64,000 nt of DNA from a virus, in IMG/VR virus record IMGVR_UViG_3300030099_007533, positions 1 to 64,000 of that record, one strand, 5' to 3'. The notes under the pieces were generated by a model. It was not told the DNA's origin, searched no databases, and was given only the letters and a program-made list of their open reading frames with translations. Shown here in pieces: positions 25,715-35,351 of this stretch. Within the stretch, counting starts at the first letter, position 1. Each line of letters begins with the position of its first letter. Both the position numbers and the translations under genes were made by a program.

Positions 25715-26593
25715 TTATGTGGGAGATGCCCCCGCACCTACATTGTATCTATTAAGCACGGCATTTTGTAATCGGCTCATTTCTCCATCAGCAAGCACTC
25801 TTGTAACCGCAATGAAACAACCAATTGATCCATTCATATGTAAAGTTGTACCACCTTGACGCCGACCCATGTAAAGCTTGTCATTAGACGCCCAAGCACT
25901 ATCGATGTTAAATGTTGAACCGCCAGTGTAAATATTTGATGTGGCAACTGGCGAGCCATTAACATAGGGTTTCGTGGCTAAACCAGCACCAGCGCCGGGG
26001 GCATTTCGATTAAAGACCACCCCAAGTGCTAAAGGATTATTTACTGTAACATTTGTTCCGTCAGCGCCAGCGATGCCGCCGACTGCTGTACCATCTGGGT
26101 GTTGATCTTGACCATTGTATACTGCGAAGTCGGAGGCGCCGAGTTGAAAAGCGACAGCGAAACCATTCAAGCTGTACCAATAGGTGCCGTATTCCAGTAC
26201 CGTTTGAAATCCGTCTGAAGAACTTTCATTTTTTGAAAAGTATACAAGCGAAAGGGCTGTCTTTGAATTCAATTGAGTGGCATTAGCAGCAGTGCTCATA
26301 AAATTACTTGAGCCATTAAATGAAACAACCGGCTTGCCATTGTATAAATCGAGAGTGGGCTTATCGGTTGAAGTAAAGTTGGTGTTAAAAACATCCCAAG
26401 CATCAAACCAATTTGTTATTGTGCCGCCGACTGCGATGTCGTTAATAGACAGCGAGTCTAAACAAAATAATAAGTCGTCGCCAGCAATATGCTTAACTAA
26501 ATTTAAAAAATTACTACTTTTGTCTTCAACGCGGACTTGACCGGTTGATCGAGATGAAAGACTTCCGTGACGACCACCGAATCCACTTCTCAT
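25715..26593 (-). CDS. LamG/ConA-like beta-sandwich protein, possible head decoration
   Basis: ITNWFD..., KPVVSFNG, YVNG and LYMGRR...MNGSIG..I...RVL.DGE lectin-fold pattern. Confidence 0.6.
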   Translation of the reverse strand: MRSGFGGRHGSLSSRSTGQVRVEDKSSNFLNLVKHIAGDDLLFCLDSLSINDIAVGGTITNWFDAWDVFNTNFTSTDKPTLDLYNGKPVVSFNGSSNFMSTAANATQLNSKTALSLVYFSKNESSSDGFQTVLEYGTYWYSLNGFAVAFQLGASDFAVYNGQDQHPDGTAVGGIAGADGTNVTVNNPLALGVVFNRNAPGAGAGLATKPYVNGSPVATSNIYTGGSTFNIDSAWASNDKLYMGRRQGGTTLHMNGSIGCFIAVTRVLADGEMSRLQNAVLNRYNVGAGASPT

Positions 26594-27051
26594 TAACCTA
26601 CTCCAGAGGTTCCTGACCAGTTGGTTAGAAGGGATGAGGCGTTAATCCCTGTCATGCCAGCAATGACTGAAGCAGTTGTTGGCGATTCATGCCCAACAAG
26701 GAACACGCTTGAAACTCTAAATTCGCCTGTGTATGACTCTCCATTATCTAAAATAAGGTAATTTTCACCAGTATCATTGCCACCAGCTGAACCAGTAATG
26801 CCGAGGGCGCTGAATCCAACTCTGAGTTTGGCTGACGAGCCGCTATGTTCATTAACAATTGTAATAAATTTTGTAACATACGGAAATTTAATTTCGGCTG
26901 CCGGGGCGACAAATGGAGATTCTACGTTGGGAACAACGATTGATGCCGATGTGAACGGTATACCACTCATCTGATATTGTCCGGTCTTTCCTAAGCCGGG
27001 GCTACTAAATTGAAATCTATGATCTGCAAATTTTTCATTTGGGGTTGACAT
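26593..27051 (-). CDS. Probable virion structural protein
   Basis: 152-aa beta-rich Gly/Ser/Thr protein in the head module, preceded by ACTATTTA at 27073-27080. Confidence 0.5.
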   Translation of the reverse strand: MSTPNEKFADHRFQFSSPGLGKTGQYQMSGIPFTSASIVVPNVESPFVAPAAEIKFPYVTKFITIVNEHSGSSAKLRVGFSALGITGSAGGNDTGENYLILDNGESYTGEFRVSSVFLVGHESPTTASVIAGMTGINASSLLTNWSGTSGVG

Positions 27052-27265
27052 CTTTTTCTCCGTTCTGTTTCATAAATAGTTTCTTTAAAACTCTTTTTCT
27101 CTTTAATTTATCTCTTCTTCTCTTAACAGAAGGCTTTTCGTAATACATTCTTTTCTTGCACTCTTCAACGATGCCCTCTCGTTTTGCCTTCCTACTAAAT
27201 CTTTTAATTAAAGCCTCGGCACTTTCATTTCTTCGTGCCTTGACATAAATATTAACTGCACTCAT
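27035..27265 (-). CDS. rpsU: Phage-encoded 30S ribosomal protein bS21
   Basis: V.AR.NESAEALIKRFSRK...GIVEECKKRMYYEKPSVKRRR matches the S21 signature; GAGG SD. Confidence 0.92.
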   Translation of the reverse strand: MSAVNIYVKARRNESAEALIKRFSRKAKREGIVEECKKRMYYEKPSVKRRRDKLKRKRVLKKLFMKQNGEKDVNPK

Positions 27266-27272
27266 TTTAACC

Positions 27273-27692
27273 TCATACCAATTTTGACCATTTATCGCCG
27301 CCGATATTTAGAATTCCTGAAATATCAACACCTGCATCGTTTGGATCTGTACCAGATAAAGCGCTGCCGGGACCTGAAGAATTAGACTCCTGCATCGGTG
27401 TCGTTCCTTCAAAGATATCGACGCCGCCATAAGCATCTTTATTAATCGACTCTAAAAGAGATTTTCTTGTTTGATTTAATTTATCTTCTCTTTCTTGGCG
27501 TCTTTTCTTTGCCTCTTCATCACTTTCATATTTCTTTTGCTGTTCTGTGATTTGTGCTTGTTGTGGCTGAGTTCCTATGCCCTTAACAACCTCAGAAATA
27601 ATACCTGAAATTAGATTTGATTCTACAAGAGCTTCTTGAATACACTCTTTAATAATTGGTTTAATTAATTTTCTAAATTGTTCTTTCTTCAT
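27273..27692 (-). CDS. Hypothetical head-module protein
   Basis: 139 aa; begins MKKEQFRKLIKPIIKECIQEALVE; start overlaps the protease stop. Confidence 0.6.
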   Translation of the reverse strand: MKKEQFRKLIKPIIKECIQEALVESNLISGIISEVVKGIGTQPQQAQITEQQKKYESDEEAKKRRQEREDKLNQTRKSLLESINKDAYGGVDIFEGTTPMQESNSSGPGSALSGTDPNDAGVDISGILNIGGDKWSKLV

Positions 27693-28309
27693 TTTTCATC
27701 TATAATTGAGTTTAGTAGTGAATTAACACGATATTCTTTATCATGGATTTTAACTTGTTTTGATTCACTAATTCTTTTTGGGTTCATAAAGGCACCGGGC
27801 GTTGATGGGTCCGCAACAATGTCAAAACAGATTAGCTGAAAGTCTTCCTGAACCATGCTTACGCCATTCGATTCATTGACAACTGACCCAAGACCTCTTG
27901 AAGAGATTCCAATTTGACCACCAGATCTAATAATTCCTTTTACAATTTCACCTGCTGGCGTCTCTAAAAGTTTAATAACACCCATAACTTTTTCGCCTTC
28001 CATCCAGTAGCGAGTGACCATGTGAGAAGCGTTCTTCAAATCAACGACTGATGTGTCAGGGTGGTCTAATTCACCATATGCTCTTCGCTGTTTGATAAGC
28101 ATTTCATAGTTTTTCATCTCTCTTTCAAGAACGTGAGTTGGGTATTTCCTTCTATTGCCATTCTCTGTATTTCCTTTTTGTAAAATACCAGTTAGATAAA
28201 AGGCTCTGCCTTCCGACATTGCTGTTTTTTCACCTTCTGTTAGAAGATCTTTACAAACACCACCTTCACAAAGAGCATAATATTCCTGTAATAATACTTT
28301 ATCTGACAT
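27689..28309 (-). CDS. Prohead protease (T4 gp21-like)
   Basis: NGNRRKYP, GELDHP, GISSRGLGS and FDIVADPSTPGA motifs. Confidence 0.93.
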   Translation of the reverse strand: MSDKVLLQEYYALCEGGVCKDLLTEGEKTAMSEGRAFYLTGILQKGNTENGNRRKYPTHVLEREMKNYEMLIKQRRAYGELDHPDTSVVDLKNASHMVTRYWMEGEKVMGVIKLLETPAGEIVKGIIRSGGQIGISSRGLGSVVNESNGVSMVQEDFQLICFDIVADPSTPGAFMNPKRISESKQVKIHDKEYRVNSLLNSIIDEK

Positions 28310-28310
28310 G

Positions 28311-28694
28311 TTATTCAGCCCCCACTTTTGTATTTAACTCTGGAGTTGAAGAACCTGCACCCAATTGTTTTCTTTTTTCTTTGGCATTGTTGACAGCATC
28401 ATGCATTTGAGTTAAAAAGTCAGAAACGAGTTTAACAACTTCGTCGCCGGGAACTCCCGCCTGAACTAAACAAGGTGCTGCCATTTCGGCAATTTCTGTG
28501 GCAACTGCATCAATGATGTTCCCTTGTGCAGCAATCATCTGTTGTATTTCTTTCTCCGCATCATCAACAATCCCTTGAATATCTGGTGGGTCCGCTTCAC
28601 CGCCTGCGTCACCGTCCATTGCGGCATTTGAATAGCCAACCCTCTCTTGAATAAGGGAAGTGATTACCATTTTTTTAATTTTTTTTAGGTTCAT
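28311..28694 (-). CDS. Hypothetical protein, possible prohead core component
   Basis: 127 aa, AGGAG SD, leader MNLKKIKKMVITSLIQE. Confidence 0.6.
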   Translation of the reverse strand: MNLKKIKKMVITSLIQERVGYSNAAMDGDAGGEADPPDIQGIVDDAEKEIQQMIAAQGNIIDAVATEIAEMAAPCLVQAGVPGDEVVKLVSDFLTQMHDAVNNAKEKRKQLGAGSSTPELNTKVGAE

Positions 28695-28703
28695 TGTTTT
28701 CTC

Positions 28704-28805
28704 CTAAGCGGGCGTAACCCGCTCGATACAGCAGCCCTTCTTACAAAGCCTTGGAGGCTGAAGCATCCATTTAGTTTCTACAAAATTATTAGTTCCTTTT
28801 GACAT
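28704..28805 (-). CDS. Small Cys-rich ORF, 33 aa
   Basis: Hand translation MSKGTNNFVETKWMLQPPRLCKKGCCIERVTPA; GAGGGA 4 nt upstream of the ATG; fills the gap between neighbouring genes. Confidence 0.5.
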   Translation of the reverse strand: MSKGTNNFVETKWMLQPPRLCKKGCCIERVTPA

Positions 28806-29073
28806 TTATTCCCTCGTCTCCAAAAAGCGTACAGAAAACATAGGATGTTCCTGAACTTAACCAACCACATAAAAGTAAATTGATTATATTTGTTTCAAAA
28901 GTAAATAGTTCCGTCCAAGGGGAAATTAAAAAAACCAATACACCTGACCAAAATCCCATACACATAGAACAATGAAAGAAATGATGCTTAGGTCTTATTT
29001 TATTAAAAATTGAACCATAAGTTAAAATTTGTGTTAAGCCATAACACGTCAGTATAAACCATAATAAAGACAT
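28789..29073 (-). CDS. Small membrane protein with CxxC (DUF1360-like)
   Basis: Three hydrophobic segments and FFHCSMCMGFWSG. Confidence 0.65.
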   Translation of the reverse strand: MSLLWFILTCYGLTQILTYGSIFNKIRPKHHFFHCSMCMGFWSGVLVFLISPWTELFTFETNIINLLLCGWLSSGTSYVFCTLFGDEGINVKRN

Positions 29074-29673
29074 CTATATCCTGTAAAGTAGCCCATAATA
29101 TTGGGTATAGAATGGATCCATCGTGCCTTTCTTTTTCTGCTGTGGAACTTCGCCATATTCTGTACTATCTTCTGTAGATGGGTCCACTAACATTTTTTCT
29201 GCTTCAAAATCGTAATCCAAAGCTTTTTGAAGATGCGGTAGCTCCTCCCTGAGAAACACAAACACATTTAACAAAATAATTTTAACAACATCCATTTTTT
29301 TATTTGCTGGATAAGTCGCTTCAATGCTACCAAAAATATTCCCACCTTTAATTGTGTCTGGTAAAATGACCCCTCTTTTCTTCAAGAAATTAAAAAAGAC
29401 ATCTTGGTGAGGATAAGCTTCAGTTTTAATAAAGTCCTTAACGAATGTTGATATTTTTTTCTTATCAGGGTTTATTACAATATCAAACAAAGGGTGATCG
29501 TGAATGATGTAATTATTATCCAAAGTGCGGCGGACATCTAATGAAATACGTTGTGATGGCACTGGCTCAACATCAATCCCAATTTCTGCTGGCACTGGCT
29601 CTGCAATAGATATAGTGATCTTATCTTTCTGCTGGTCATCTATGTTGATTTTAATTTCATCAATTTTAATCAT
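29074..29673 (-). CDS. Hypothetical head-module protein
   Basis: About 199 aa from the ATG at 29673 (MIKIDEIK); contains STEYGEVPQ..KKG. Confidence 0.6.
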   Translation of the reverse strand: MIKIDEIKINIDDQQKDKITISIAEPVPAEIGIDVEPVPSQRISLDVRRTLDNNYIIHDHPLFDIVINPDKKKISTFVKDFIKTEAYPHQDVFFNFLKKRGVILPDTIKGGNIFGSIEATYPANKKMDVVKIILLNVFVFLREELPHLQKALDYDFEAEKMLVDPSTEDSTEYGEVPQQKKKGTMDPFYTQYYGLLYRI

Positions 29674-30463
29674 CGGTACCAATCTCACTAACAAGCTGTT
29701 GCATTTTCATAATTTGTTTGAGCATTTCCTCATTAATTAATTCATCTTTGAAGTTGTCGATAATTGATGTGACTTTATTAATTTTTTCTCCAATATCTCC
29801 TTCAAAGTTTGCTTTTGATACAGTTTCCTTAATTCTACTCAATTCATCATTTAAATATATTTTTAGTTCAAGTCCATTATCTGTAAAAGATGAAATGTAT
29901 TTTGATAATAGAATTCTTTGCTCTTCTAAAAGCCCATTATATTGATTGTTGAATTTGGAAGAGAATATTCTCATTGTTGCATTATTAATTCTTTTTTGTT
30001 CTGTAACTTGCTGTGGCTGCGACGACATGTATTGAATCACGATGTTTTCCATTAAAACTTTATTTTTAATTTTCGTATTTGGGGAAAACATCTGATAAAT
30101 ACTTGCAAGTGCTTTATAGTTTGGAACAAAATTAGAGAGGACCTCCTCACTTAAAGTATTGTGTATCTTATTAATAAGGCGAGTCTGCTCTTCAAAAAGT
30201 TTTTTTGAATTTAATGCATCGCGCTCTTTACGAACATAGCCAATAATTTTTTCTGCCGCTTTTTTATTAACCCCGCGTGTTTCAATAATTTCTGTGTAAA
30301 GATTTAGGTCTTTCTTCAAAGTTGTTTGATTGTTGAAAAACTCTTTCATTACTGCCATTACAGCAGTCTTTCTTTGCTCATCTTTATTGACAACACTTTT
30401 AGTTAATTCTCTAACTAAAGCCTCATATAAAAAAGCAGTATTTCTTCTCTTGTTGTGATTCAT
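29666..30463 (-). CDS. Helical protein downstream of the portal gene, possible prohead core protein
   Basis: Likely start MNHNKRRNTAFLYEALVRE at 30463, 1 nt after the portal stop. Confidence 0.6.
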   Translation of the reverse strand: MNHNKRRNTAFLYEALVRELTKSVVNKDEQRKTAVMAVMKEFFNNQTTLKKDLNLYTEIIETRGVNKKAAEKIIGYVRKERDALNSKKLFEEQTRLINKIHNTLSEEVLSNFVPNYKALASIYQMFSPNTKIKNKVLMENIVIQYMSSQPQQVTEQKRINNATMRIFSSKFNNQYNGLLEEQRILLSKYISSFTDNGLELKIYLNDELSRIKETVSKANFEGDIGEKINKVTSIIDNFKDELINEEMLKQIMKMQQLVSEIGTDD

Positions 30464-30464
30464 T

Positions 30465-32444
30465 CTATAAATCCTCTGATAATATTCTATCCATTTCCTC
30501 ATTTAATGAAGACATTTTATTTTCAAAATCCTCACTATAATTAGATTTGTTTTCTTTAATAAACGTACCTTTTGCCATTGCACCAAAAATGTTTCTTGGT
30601 TTTCTTGGCATTCCCACTCCCCACGACTCTTTTCGACCAGCCTCTCTTCGCTTATCGTGTTTCACTGAAAAATATCTTTTACCCTTAGATCCCTTTGTTG
30701 TATGAGATCCATCTTCATATTCAGCGTAAATGGCGGCTGGCTTGTCACGCTTTTTGCCGCCGCCTTCAGGAGTTGCTAAAAGAACATCTTCACCGCCGCC
30801 TGCTTCTGGAGTCGCTGGTTCTGGTGTCTCTGCTGGTCCTGCTGCTGGGGTTGGCTCGGCTTCTGGAGTGTCGGGTGTTTCAATGTCAAGATCAGCAGCG
30901 GGTGCTGTCTCTGGTGTAACACCAAGTCCAAGGTCGCCAACTCCACCAAAGCCTGTACCTGTTAATGCCTCTGAGGCGAGACCCTCACCTTGTTGCTCTG
31001 CGACCTTTGCTAAAGCAGTTTCTATTTGTTTATCATAAAATTTTTCTCTTGTGTTTCTTATCAACTCTTCTTCTGACAATCCTAAAATATTTTTTGAGAT
31101 CCAGCGGTTGCTATATACATCTCCTCTCGCTTTTGATGCGGCATCCAGTCTTGAATTTAACATTTCCATTTCTTGAAGCATCGACACTCTTGAGGGGTTG
31201 TGCAATTTTAAATTAAAGTTAATTAAATCATTTCCTCTATAGCCAAGAGTATAAAGGTGGATTGTCGCCATTTTATCTAACTCTGCGACTACTGCTCTTT
31301 GTACCCTCTGAATTGTTCTGGCGAACCTAATGTCCTTTTGTGAAAGCGCTGCCTGCTCTTCCGTAGCCCCTTCACCGCGTATTAAATAAGACATTGGAAT
31401 TTTAATAGCCGCAAATAGCTTGTTTTGAAGGTATTTAATATCTTCAATCGCAGTTCCCCATGTGTCTCCTTGGACTGTTGAAATATCAACTGAAGACTGT
31501 CCATTTCTTGTTGGAATGTAATAATCTTCTTCGATTGATAAGGGATTGTAGCGCAAATCAACTCTACCATTATTCTCATCAACAACTTGGTGGCGTTTCA
31601 TCATGGTGATGATTTTTTGCATATATTGTTCGACCTCTTCTGGTGGGATCCCGCCAACATCAATCTTAAACTGTTTTCTTTGTGGGGATCGAACAACTCT
31701 GTACGCGATCATCGCATCCTCAAGAAGAGTCAACTGCCTCCAAATTCTACGACCGGGGTCCAACACCGATGTGCCATACGGCGCATATTTATCATTACCC
31801 AAAACTCTAAAATGCGCAAGTTGCCAATTTTCAAAAGTTAAGCCACCGGTATTCCATTGATATTGGACATAGTTTGGATTAGATTGGTCAGTTCCTTCCA
31901 TTCTCTCTATTTCGCTCACTGGCAATCCAATAAAGGATTTAATTCCTACTTGTTCATCAAGGTCTAAATAGCCAAAGAAATCGCCATACTTACACATAGA
32001 ACGCACCCAACCAAAAAGATTAGCATCAATGTTTAAGACTTTGTGAAATAAAGTGTCAAGAATCTCTTTTATTTCTTCGTTCTGACAGTCAATCATAAGC
32101 GATTTATGGAATTCAGAATGAGTTGTGATTTCATCTGCGTATATGTCTAAAGCCGATGCCAATTCAGGCATAAATTCCATTTGATCAAAATCGGCGTACC
32201 TTTCAGCGCGATTATAATTGTTCATCATCGCTGATGAAATTGACTCGTAAGGGTTATAAGACTTTCTTTTGAATGATTGACCACCGATAGATCTAAACTT
32301 AGGCGCGTATTTATCTACTGAATATTTACGATTATTTCTAACTTGTTGTGCTTTATAGTTTACAATTGGTCCTGAAAATAATCGAGTTAATCTTTGGAAC
32401 AAAGGGCTGTTTGGATTTCTTGGATTGTTCTTGTTGTCTGCCAT
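30465..32444 (-). CDS. Portal protein (T4 gp20-like)
   Basis: ALDIYADE, KYGDFF, YGTSVL..RRIWRQL.LLEDAMIAYRVVRSP.R..FKIDVG and EDYYIP motifs; long low-complexity C-terminal tail. Confidence 0.95.
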   Translation of the reverse strand: MADNKNNPRNPNSPLFQRLTRLFSGPIVNYKAQQVRNNRKYSVDKYAPKFRSIGGQSFKRKSYNPYESISSAMMNNYNRAERYADFDQMEFMPELASALDIYADEITTHSEFHKSLMIDCQNEEIKEILDTLFHKVLNIDANLFGWVRSMCKYGDFFGYLDLDEQVGIKSFIGLPVSEIERMEGTDQSNPNYVQYQWNTGGLTFENWQLAHFRVLGNDKYAPYGTSVLDPGRRIWRQLTLLEDAMIAYRVVRSPQRKQFKIDVGGIPPEEVEQYMQKIITMMKRHQVVDENNGRVDLRYNPLSIEEDYYIPTRNGQSSVDISTVQGDTWGTAIEDIKYLQNKLFAAIKIPMSYLIRGEGATEEQAALSQKDIRFARTIQRVQRAVVAELDKMATIHLYTLGYRGNDLINFNLKLHNPSRVSMLQEMEMLNSRLDAASKARGDVYSNRWISKNILGLSEEELIRNTREKFYDKQIETALAKVAEQQGEGLASEALTGTGFGGVGDLGLGVTPETAPAADLDIETPDTPEAEPTPAAGPAETPEPATPEAGGGEDVLLATPEGGGKKRDKPAAIYAEYEDGSHTTKGSKGKRYFSVKHDKRREAGRKESWGVGMPRKPRNIFGAMAKGTFIKENKSNYSEDFENKMSSLNEEMDRILSEDL

Positions 32445-32454
32445 TTATCAATTC

Positions 32455-34044
32455 CTATTTCATAAAGAACGGCAACTTATTTAGTTTCACCGTCTCTTTT
32501 TTTCTGCCATCGCTGTAGATATAATTATCTTGCTGATTCCTTTCCATCCCAAGAATTCTTGTATCTAATGTTTTATTACTTGTCATTATAGCAGAAAGCA
32601 TTGATTTTTTATACTCTATTTCCTGTTGATTTACAGTCAATGCAGTGTCTCTAACCCAGCACCCGATCGCACAAGCCATAACTAAGTCGTCATTATAAGA
32701 ACGCATTGCCTCTGCCTTGCCATTGTTCCAAATAAAAGTTTTTAATTCGTTAAATAATCTCCGTGATCTAATCTTTAATACTTTATTGCGGATAAATTCT
32801 TCAAGCTTGGCAATGATCATAGGTCTGGTTTTAACTGTTGTTGAAAATCCAGCTATGATTGAAGTTTGTTCAGTATACGATGCTTCAACATATTCGTGAG
32901 TTGATTTTCTGGAGTGGTAAATGTTGGGGTGACCGTAATCTTTAAGCTTTGTTAAAACTGTCATACCAACTGAGTTGTTTTCAACAACGGTCATACACAT
33001 ACCATAACTTTTTGATGTGTCATAAATTAGTCTTGCAAAACTATCAAGAGGCAATTTCCCCTGATATTCACAACACATTTCCATCGTATCAGACTCAAAA
33101 ATGTAGAAAGTTGAATTGTCCTTTCCATCACCGCGAGCCACGTCGGCAACCATAAAATATTTTTTGTTTTCTTCAGCAGTTTTCCAAATCCAAAGATTTC
33201 TATCAAATCCTGTTTTATATTCTGGCTCTGACAACTCTTCCTGCTCAACCCTAACCAAATCTTTGCCATGAATTAGTGTATCACCAGACATATTAAAGTT
33301 GCACTCTAACTCCTGCGCGATTTCCCTTGCTGACATGTTTTTAGTTTCTTTATCAAACCATTTTTGATCTCTGTCAGGATGGATATGCCATGGTAATTTA
33401 ATTGGATTAAAATCATTCAGTCCCTGTTCTGCCTCTGAATATAGCTTGTGATATAAATTACCTACACCTTTTGGAGTTGAAATGATAATACAATCACCAC
33501 CAGTTGACAGTGTGGGGTACAAGCCAGCCCACAAGTCATCAAGTCCTTCAATAATCGCCGCCTCATCAATAACCAACAAAGAAAGGGCTTCAGAACGACC
33601 AGCATCGCCAGATGTTGAAATTGCTTTTACTTGTGAGCCATTAGACAATTCAAAAGAGTTTTTATTGTCAATAACTAACTCTGTCAACTTCATCCATTCA
33701 GGAATTGCCTTCAAGGCAAATTTTACCTTTCTAACCAAGTTAGCAGCAGTTGATAATTTAGTTGCCATCACAACAACGTTTTTATTTTTATGAAAAAGGA
33801 CAAACCATGCAATATAAACAGCAGAAACAGTTGAAAGCCCTAACTGTCTTGCTTTTAGAATAATATTAAAACGATTATCTTGAAAATCCTTTACAACATC
33901 TTTCTGAAAAGGGTACATTATAAAGGGAATTGTCCCCTTCATAGGATGTGCTATTTTTCCATAATTGTTAATAAAGTATGTTGGATCTTTACCGCAGGCA
34001 ATAATTTCTTTTTTTATCTGCGTTTTGGTTAAACCACGCGCCAT
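32455..34044 (-). CDS. Terminase large subunit (T4 gp17-like)
   Basis: KARQLGLST Walker A, LVIDEAA Walker B, ISTPKG, ADVARGDG.D and NDDLVMA nuclease motifs. Confidence 0.95.
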   Translation of the reverse strand: MARGLTKTQIKKEIIACGKDPTYFINNYGKIAHPMKGTIPFIMYPFQKDVVKDFQDNRFNIILKARQLGLSTVSAVYIAWFVLFHKNKNVVVMATKLSTAANLVRKVKFALKAIPEWMKLTELVIDNKNSFELSNGSQVKAISTSGDAGRSEALSLLVIDEAAIIEGLDDLWAGLYPTLSTGGDCIIISTPKGVGNLYHKLYSEAEQGLNDFNPIKLPWHIHPDRDQKWFDKETKNMSAREIAQELECNFNMSGDTLIHGKDLVRVEQEELSEPEYKTGFDRNLWIWKTAEENKKYFMVADVARGDGKDNSTFYIFESDTMEMCCEYQGKLPLDSFARLIYDTSKSYGMCMTVVENNSVGMTVLTKLKDYGHPNIYHSRKSTHEYVEASYTEQTSIIAGFSTTVKTRPMIIAKLEEFIRNKVLKIRSRRLFNELKTFIWNNGKAEAMRSYNDDLVMACAIGCWVRDTALTVNQQEIEYKKSMLSAIMTSNKTLDTRILGMERNQQDNYIYSDGRKKETVKLNKLPFFMK

Positions 34045-34556
34045 TACTTACCATATTTGTGTGTCTGTAGAAAGTCCTTTACAACATCAAATGGCTTTTT
34101 CTCTGGCTCAACAACACCAGAGCCGAGACCACCAATTGTGTAGCATTTTGTTGCTTGAATCCAACTTCTTTTACGATTCATGTACTGTAAAAGAATGTCT
34201 GCGTCACCATCAGGATTTAAAGAAAGAGCTTTGCCAGTAGCCTTTTTATATCTGTCTTTGAGGAACTTTACAATGTTTCCGAAGCGCATTTCAACTTCAG
34301 CTTCGAATGCGTTTGGTCCCTTTCTATGAACCTCTGGCATCGGAGCCTCAGACTGGTAATTGACAATCAATTTATTGCCATACATTTTGACACCAAAGCC
34401 ATCCATGCAACCATCTCTGGATTGGAGCATCATATCCTTTTCGTCTCTTTTTAGACCAATTTCAATTGGTTTGCCATCTTCATCAATGGCTCCATCGTAG
34501 GCATAGCCCATCGCTTGGCTAATCCCTCTGTAAACTTCAAGTGCTTGTTTAGACAT
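34044..34556 (-). CDS. Hypothetical protein upstream of terminase
   Basis: 170 aa; its stop overlaps the terminase ATG. Confidence 0.6.
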   Translation of the reverse strand: MSKQALEVYRGISQAMGYAYDGAIDEDGKPIEIGLKRDEKDMMLQSRDGCMDGFGVKMYGNKLIVNYQSEAPMPEVHRKGPNAFEAEVEMRFGNIVKFLKDRYKKATGKALSLNPDGDADILLQYMNRKRSWIQATKCYTIGGLGSGVVEPEKKPFDVVKDFLQTHKYGK

Positions 34557-34917
34557 TATCTGGTCTCCATCCCTTTAGCCATCTTTCCTCTCTATCCTCT
34601 ACAAATTGAATATAGCAGTTCCGACAACATTCGTATTTTGTTTCGTACAGCATGTCTTGCTGTTTTAGAATATTTGAGCATACACTACAATTATTCTTAC
34701 TATCCTTCTTAATTAGTTTTGCAGAGAATAAAAAGCCATCACGTTCTTCAACCCGATCTTTGGTCATTTCTTTTGCTTTATTTTCTTTTAATTGTTTTAA
34801 ATATTCTTTTTCTTTTTCCGGCGTCCAATTAGAAGAAGGGTTCTGAACTGCCTCTTTGCCGTACTTTTTAGAAATTGCTTTTTCAAGTCCCGCAATATAA
34901 TTTAAATCTTTTTTCAT
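34549..34917 (-). CDS. Small zinc-finger protein
   Basis: CSVC...CCRNC in the C-terminal half; 122 aa. Confidence 0.6.
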   Translation of the reverse strand: MKKDLNYIAGLEKAISKKYGKEAVQNPSSNWTPEKEKEYLKQLKENKAKEMTKDRVEERDGFLFSAKLIKKDSKNNCSVCSNILKQQDMLYETKYECCRNCYIQFVEDREERWLKGWRPDNV

Positions 34918-35351
34918 TTACTTGCCTGAGCGGCGGCATAGAAGATTCCGATGGATAATCCCACACCAGCAACAAAACCGCCAACAAACCATAACTTAGT
35001 ATAATCTGGTTTTTGCGACTTTTTAACAACTTCTTCTAATCTTTTTACTTCGGCGTTCTTGAGCCTCATAAGCTCATCGAACTTTTTCTTACCTGTGTCC
35101 CTCTCAATGGTGATTAATCTTTTTTCAAAATTACATTCGGCTGTAATCTTTTTTATTGAGAAGTCTTTATTCATCTCGCAAATCTTAACAGCACTCTCTC
35201 TCTTCGCTGTTATTGTTGCTTCTGCTCTTTTATCTAACAACATACCACTGAATGGGGCTCTTTGACCTTTCTTTATAGCGGCAATTTTACCATTAGCAAA
35301 GCAAGTTATTGGAAATAAAGTTATTAATAAGACAATTGCTGTAGGTCTCAT
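34914..35351 (-). CDS. Exported coiled-coil protein with C-terminal membrane anchor (spanin-like candidate)
   Basis: N-terminal signal peptide, central coiled coil, C-terminal hydrophobic helix LWFVGGFVAGVGLSIGIFYAA. Confidence 0.5.
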   Translation of the reverse strand: MRPTAIVLLITLFPITCFANGKIAAIKKGQRAPFSGMLLDKRAEATITAKRESAVKICEMNKDFSIKKITAECNFEKRLITIERDTGKKKFDELMRLKNAEVKRLEEVVKKSQKPDYTKLWFVGGFVAGVGLSIGIFYAAAQASK

